Below, one piece after another: positions 59,212 through 64,000 of a stretch of 64,000 nt of DNA. The position numbers and the translations under genes are program-made. The notes beneath the pieces were generated by a model that was given only the letters and a program-made list of their open reading frames with translations, was not told where the DNA came from and did no database searches. Source of the stretch: the human T2T-CHM13v2.0 reference genome, Homo sapiens; assembly GCF_009914755.1 (NCBI RefSeq), contig NC_060931.1; one strand, 5' to 3'. Each line of letters starts with the position of its first letter. Position 1 is the stretch's first letter.

Positions 59212-59885
59212 GTGTGGAAGGAAATTTAATCTCGGGACCCCAAATCACTAAGCCAAAGTCAAGCTGGGAGCTGCGTCAGGCAAACCTGCCCCTAAGTTTT
59301 GTTCCTAAGACAGCTGCAAAGATAAAAAGCCACACAGCTCCCTCACCCTTTGGCCAGGAGGAAATTCGCTGTGGACCTCCACATCTTTACCCTGAAACAG
59401 TTGTGTGGAATTGCACCCTGGCAGTGTAAATTGACAGCTTGTCTTCGCAGGTGAGGAACAGGGACAGAACTCAAGTCATCCTTCTGCTCACCTGAGACAG
59501 ATGCATGTCTGACGGCTTCCTCTGCCCTGTATTTATGTAAAAATGCAGATTCACTGAGCCAGACTAAGGCACAAGTGGCTATTCCTCTGCCTGCCCCATG
59601 GCGTAAATTGTGTGTTCAGTAAAAGGCAGAGCAGAGGCTCAAAAGAATGTAGCCGTTTGTCTCTCATCTTACCCATGACCTGGAAGCCGCCACTTTGAGT
59701 TGTCCCACCTTTCCTGCCCGAACTAGTCTATACCTGTATTTGATTGAAGACTCATGTTCCCCTACAATGTATAAAACTAGGCTGTGCCCCCACCACCTTG
59801 GGTACATGCTCTCAGGATCTCTTGAGGGCAGTGTCATGGGCCATAGACACTCATTTCGCTCAGAATAAATCTCTTTAAAAATTTT
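59212..59885 (+). mobile_element. MER4-group LTR
   Basis: aatctcgggaccccaaatcactaagccaaag; AATAAA near the 3' end. Confidence 0.7.
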
Positions 59886-59892
59886 TTTATTA

Positions 59893-60220
<328 letters not shown>

Positions 60221-60328
60221 TTATAGGTACATGAGATATTTGATATGGCATAGAATGCATAATCACATCAGGATAAGCAGGGTATCCATCTTCTCAAGCA
60301 TTTATCCTTTGTTAGTGCTACAAACAAC

Positions 60329-60568
60329 CTGCAAGGCTCTTGTATTGGTTTGAACCCCGATGACGCACCAACAACCCCCACGACATGAGGCGGTGTGGAG
60401 CAACATGCTGTTTTAATAAGCGCCTGGGTGCAGACGGGTTTATGCCTAAATGGCATCAGCCCCAAGTGAGGAATGGGTTTTATAATAGCATCAGCCCCAA
60501 GTGAGGAAGGGGTTTTATAGTCCTCTGTAAGCAGGAAGTGTCCCAGTCTGACGTGGCTGCTGCGTAAA
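60329..60568 (-). mobile_element. 3' part of an ERVK-type LTR (LTR22-like) interrupted by HERV9
   Basis: tgcaaggctcttgtattggtttgaacccc; family name from memory. Confidence 0.55.
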
Positions 60569-61600
60569 TGTGTCCGGAATTGGTTCCTTCCAGTGGATTC
60601 TTGGTCTCGCTGACTTCAAGAATGAAGCCACGGACTGTCGCGGTGAGTGTTACAGTTCTTAAAGATGGTATGTCGAGAGTTTGTTCCTTCTGATGTTCAG
60701 ATGTGTCCAGAGTTTCTTCCTTCTGGTGGGTTCGTGGTCTTGCTGACTTCAGGGATGAAGCCGCAGACCTTTGCAGTGAGTGTTACAGCTCTTAAAGGTG
60801 GCACGTCTGGAGTTGTTTTTTCCTCCCAGTGGGTTCATGAGCTCACTGACTTCAGGAGTCAACCTGCAGACCTTCGCAGTGAGTGTTACAGGTCTTAAAG
60901 GTGGCATGTCGAGAGTTGTTTGTTCCTCGCAGTAGGTTTGTGGTCTCACTGACTTCAGGAGTGAAGCCACAGACCTTCACAGTCAGTGTTACAGCTCATA
61001 AAGTTAGTGCAGACCCAAAGAGTGAGCAGCAGCAAGATTTATTGCAAAGAATGAAAGAGCAAAGCTTCCACAGCATGGAAGGGGACCCGAGCAGGTTGCC
61101 GCTGCTGGCTCCAGTGGCCTGCTTTTATTCCCTTATTTGGCCCCACCCACATCCTGCTGATTGGTCCATTTTACAGAGAGCTGATTAGTCCATTTTAGAG
61201 TGCTGATTGCTCTGTTTTACAGAGTGCTGATTGGTCTGTTTTACAGAGTGCTAATTGGTCGGTTTTTACAGAGTGCTGATTGGTGCGTTTACAAACCTTT
61301 AGCTAGACACAGAGCGCTGATTGGTGCATTTACAATCCTTTAGCTAGACAGAAAAGTTCTCCAAGTCTGCTACCCAGTTAGCTAGTCACAGAGCACTGAT
61401 TGGTGCATTTACAATCCTTTAGCTAGACTGAAAAGTTCTCCAAGTCCCCTACCCGATTAGCTAGACACAGAGCACTGATTGGTGTGTTTACAAACCTTTA
61501 GCTAGACACAGAGCCCTGATTGGTGCATTTACAATCCTTTAGACAGAGTAGTTCTCCAAGTCCCCACCCGACCCAGAAGCACAGCCAGCTTCACCTCTCA
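60569..61600 (-). mobile_element. LTR12 (HERV9 3' LTR)
   Basis: Minus strand starts TGAGAGGTGAAGC after a polypurine tract; tandem CCAAT units; repeated U5 blocks. Confidence 0.93.
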
Positions 61601-64000
61601 ATCCCCCCCCTCTAAACAGGACACCCCAACTGCTGTTGGGAATTTGGCCAATGACTGCTGTAGCTACTTCCTGCTGGATAGGGGTGAAGAAGGGGCCCTG
61701 CAATTGTAGTGTCCTCCAGAGGGGAACTCTTTAGGCCAGTGAAAGGGCCAGCAGGTTGGTCCAGGGGTCCTGGTAGAAGTTTAGTTGAGCTCATTTGGAG
61801 TTCCATTTGTAAGACCATCTGTAGCTTGATGGTCTCAATTCTAGAGGAAACAAATTTGAAAAGGAGGTTAAAAATACAGGGCCCGAAGGCAAGTAATAGC
61901 AAGATGGCTGCCACAGGACCTAGAAAGGGGAGAAGCCATGTTGTCCAACTCCAGAGGTTGGTGTAAGAGTTTGAAAGGCGTCTGATTTCAGAAGCCTTTT
62001 CCTATAAATGTTGGGTGGCATCTCATACTATCCCTGACTGGTTAGTGTAAAAACAACACTCTTCCCCTAAGAAGGTGCAGAGTCCTCCTTTCTCAGCAGT
62101 GAGGAGGTCTAGGCCTCGGTGGTTTTGGAGAGTCATTGCTGCCAAAGAGTCTATTTGGAATTGTAGTTACTATCCTTACTGGATAGATTTTGTTATTTCT
62201 TGCAAACTCTCTTGAGAAATCCTTTGAGAGTGTGGTAGTAGGATAATGAAGTAGGTAAACTGGCTATTCCAGTTCCTGTAGCAGTGGCCATTTCTAACCC
62301 TATAGGTAGGGGTATTAGTTGTATGGCTCTGCACTGACGGACTTGAGCTTTGAGGGGTACTGATAGGGTCTGATTTCCACAAGATTAGAAGTTAGAATAA
62401 TATATGTTTACACTGTTAACTTTTAGCAAACTTTACTTTTGTTGAAAACCTTGTAAGTTTGGGATTTCAATTATTCTTTGCTATTAATAAGACCTCGTTC
62501 AGTCCATATTAACTTAGAATTGATATAGATGGCTCCTTCCTGATTCTGTAAGTACTTTAAGGTTTGGCTGAGTGCAAACAGCTCGCACATTTGAGCAAAC
62601 CAATTATTAGGCAGTTTTCCTAACTCTGCTTCTACAGTTCCCTTATCATTTACTGAATACCCCTTGTGTCTTTTTTCCTTAATCACCCAGGAGGAACCAT
62701 CTATGGTCCTGTCCTGAAGGGAGTTCCTCCTAGATCTGGTCGGACCTTTGTATGGTAGTTAGTTAAGATTTAGATCCCCTGTTAGGAAACCTGCTGGGTT
62801 AAGGATTTTTGATAGGAAGGCTATGGGTTGTCAGTGGCCTCAGTGCTTTTGGGCTACGCCCTTGTTTACACTGACAACAAGGTGGTATTGGAGTGTTACA
62901 GAGTTACAGAGAAGGCCTTCAATTATCAGTTATAGGTTTTAACTTTACTGTGGCTTTTAAAGGAATAGGGTGTAGGGTCCAGCCCCACAGGGTCGGTGGG
63001 TTTTTTCCCCGTGTGCGGAGACGAGAGAGTGTAGAAATAAAGACACAAGACAGAGATAAAAGAAAAGACAAGAGGTAGAGGAGTAGAGTCTTCTGTAAAC
63101 TCCCACGGGGAAAGGGAGACTCCCTTTCCTGGTCTGCTAAGTAGCGGGTGTTTTTCCTTGACACTGATGCTACCGCTAGATCACGGGACGCTGGTGTTAC
63201 CACTAGACCAAGGAGCCCTCTGGTGGCCCTGTCCGAGCATAACAGAAGCCTCAACTCTTGTCTTCTGGTCACTTCTCACTATGTCCCCTCAGCTCCTATC
63301 CCTGTATGGCCTGGTTTTTCCTAGGTTATGATTGTAGAGTGAAGATTATTATAATATTGGAATAAAGAGTAATTGCTACAAACTAATGATTAATGATATT
63401 CATATATAATCATCTCTATGATCTATATTTAGTATAACTTCTTATTTTATATATTTTATACTGGAACAGCTCGTGCCCTCAGTCTCTTGCCTCGGCACCT
63501 GGGTGGCTTGCCGCCCACAATAGGGTACACTGTTTTTTCTTTACTACTTCTATCTCTCTTTCTCTTTGATGACTTCTTTGTCTCTCTGAGTCCCTCTTTG
63601 TCTGTCTCTTCCTCTCTCTCTTTGCCTTTCTATGTCTCTCTCTCTGACTCTCTCTTTGTCTCTGTCTCTTTGACTTTGTCTCTTTCTTTCTCTCTGACTC
63701 CTTTGTCTCTCACTTCCTCTCTCTGTGTCTCTCTCTGATTTTCTGTTTCTTTCTCTCTTTCCTTTCTGCTGGTCTTTCCCTTCCTCTGCCAGCCACTTAT
63801 GCTGCTGTTCTCCCCTCTCCTTCCCGTTTTGATGGCTTTGGCAGTGTAAGACTGCCACCTCCTTGGGTTTTTGCACTGCATGCAATAACTCCATGGTTTC
63901 CTTGTGGTATTTAATGGGGGTTCCCCCAGAGGTTAGAAACTCCCTTTCTTTCCATATTGCAGCACAGGCATGTAGGATTAGATAAGCATACTTGCTACCT
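61601..64000 (-). mobile_element. HERV9-type internal region: disrupted env TM, GA-rich tract, pol RNase H (continues beyond the window)
   Basis: RQCR|AIQLIPL; [27 protein letters not shown] then a stop; ELLHAVQKPKEVAVLHCQSHQ. Confidence 0.88.
62971..63519 (-). mobile_element. ERVK solo LTR (LTR14B-like) inserted in the HERV9 element
   Basis: TG...CA ends; 6-bp TSD ataggg; minus strand starts TGTGGGCGGCAAGCCACCCAGG. Confidence 0.8.

Noticed and set aside
60569-61560. Regularly spaced direct repeats resembling a CRISPR-like array
   Set aside because: Normal U3/U5 tandem units of LTR12 with no unique spacers.
61612-62370. Syncytin-like env with immunosuppressive domain and CX6CC
   Set aside because: In-frame stop, frameshifts and missing SU; not an intact captured env.

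Overview
Human/primate genomic DNA, recognisable as the GALNTL5-GALNT11 tandem locus (human 7q36.1). The window holds all eight coding exons of GALNTL5 on the + strand, 192..52728. They join through GT-AG introns with consistent phases into a 1332-nt ORF (443 aa): a type II membrane GalNAc-transferase-like protein with no ricin lectin domain. Downstream lie a 7SL retrocopy, the CpG island and non-coding first exon of GALNT11, and nested LTR/ERV insertions (MER4-group, LTR22-like, HERV9/LTR12, LTR14-like). Introns are dense in Alu, L1, MaLR and DNA-transposon relics, which explain almost all ORF-track entries. The main observations are: (1) an apparent fossil of the lost lectin domain after the GALNTL5 stop, made of a frameshifted linker in the 3'UTR and three decayed exon remnants in the expected order; (2) two local templated insertions with microhomology junctions, one copying an exon end with its splice donor; (3) two uORFs, one overlapping the start codon; (4) Arg at the family-conserved Cys124; (5) AT-to-GC-biased decay of the 7SL copy at the CpG island edge. 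Comparisons to GALNT11, 7SL and repeat consensuses were made by eye from memory and need computational confirmation. Repeat boundaries and subfamily calls are approximate.
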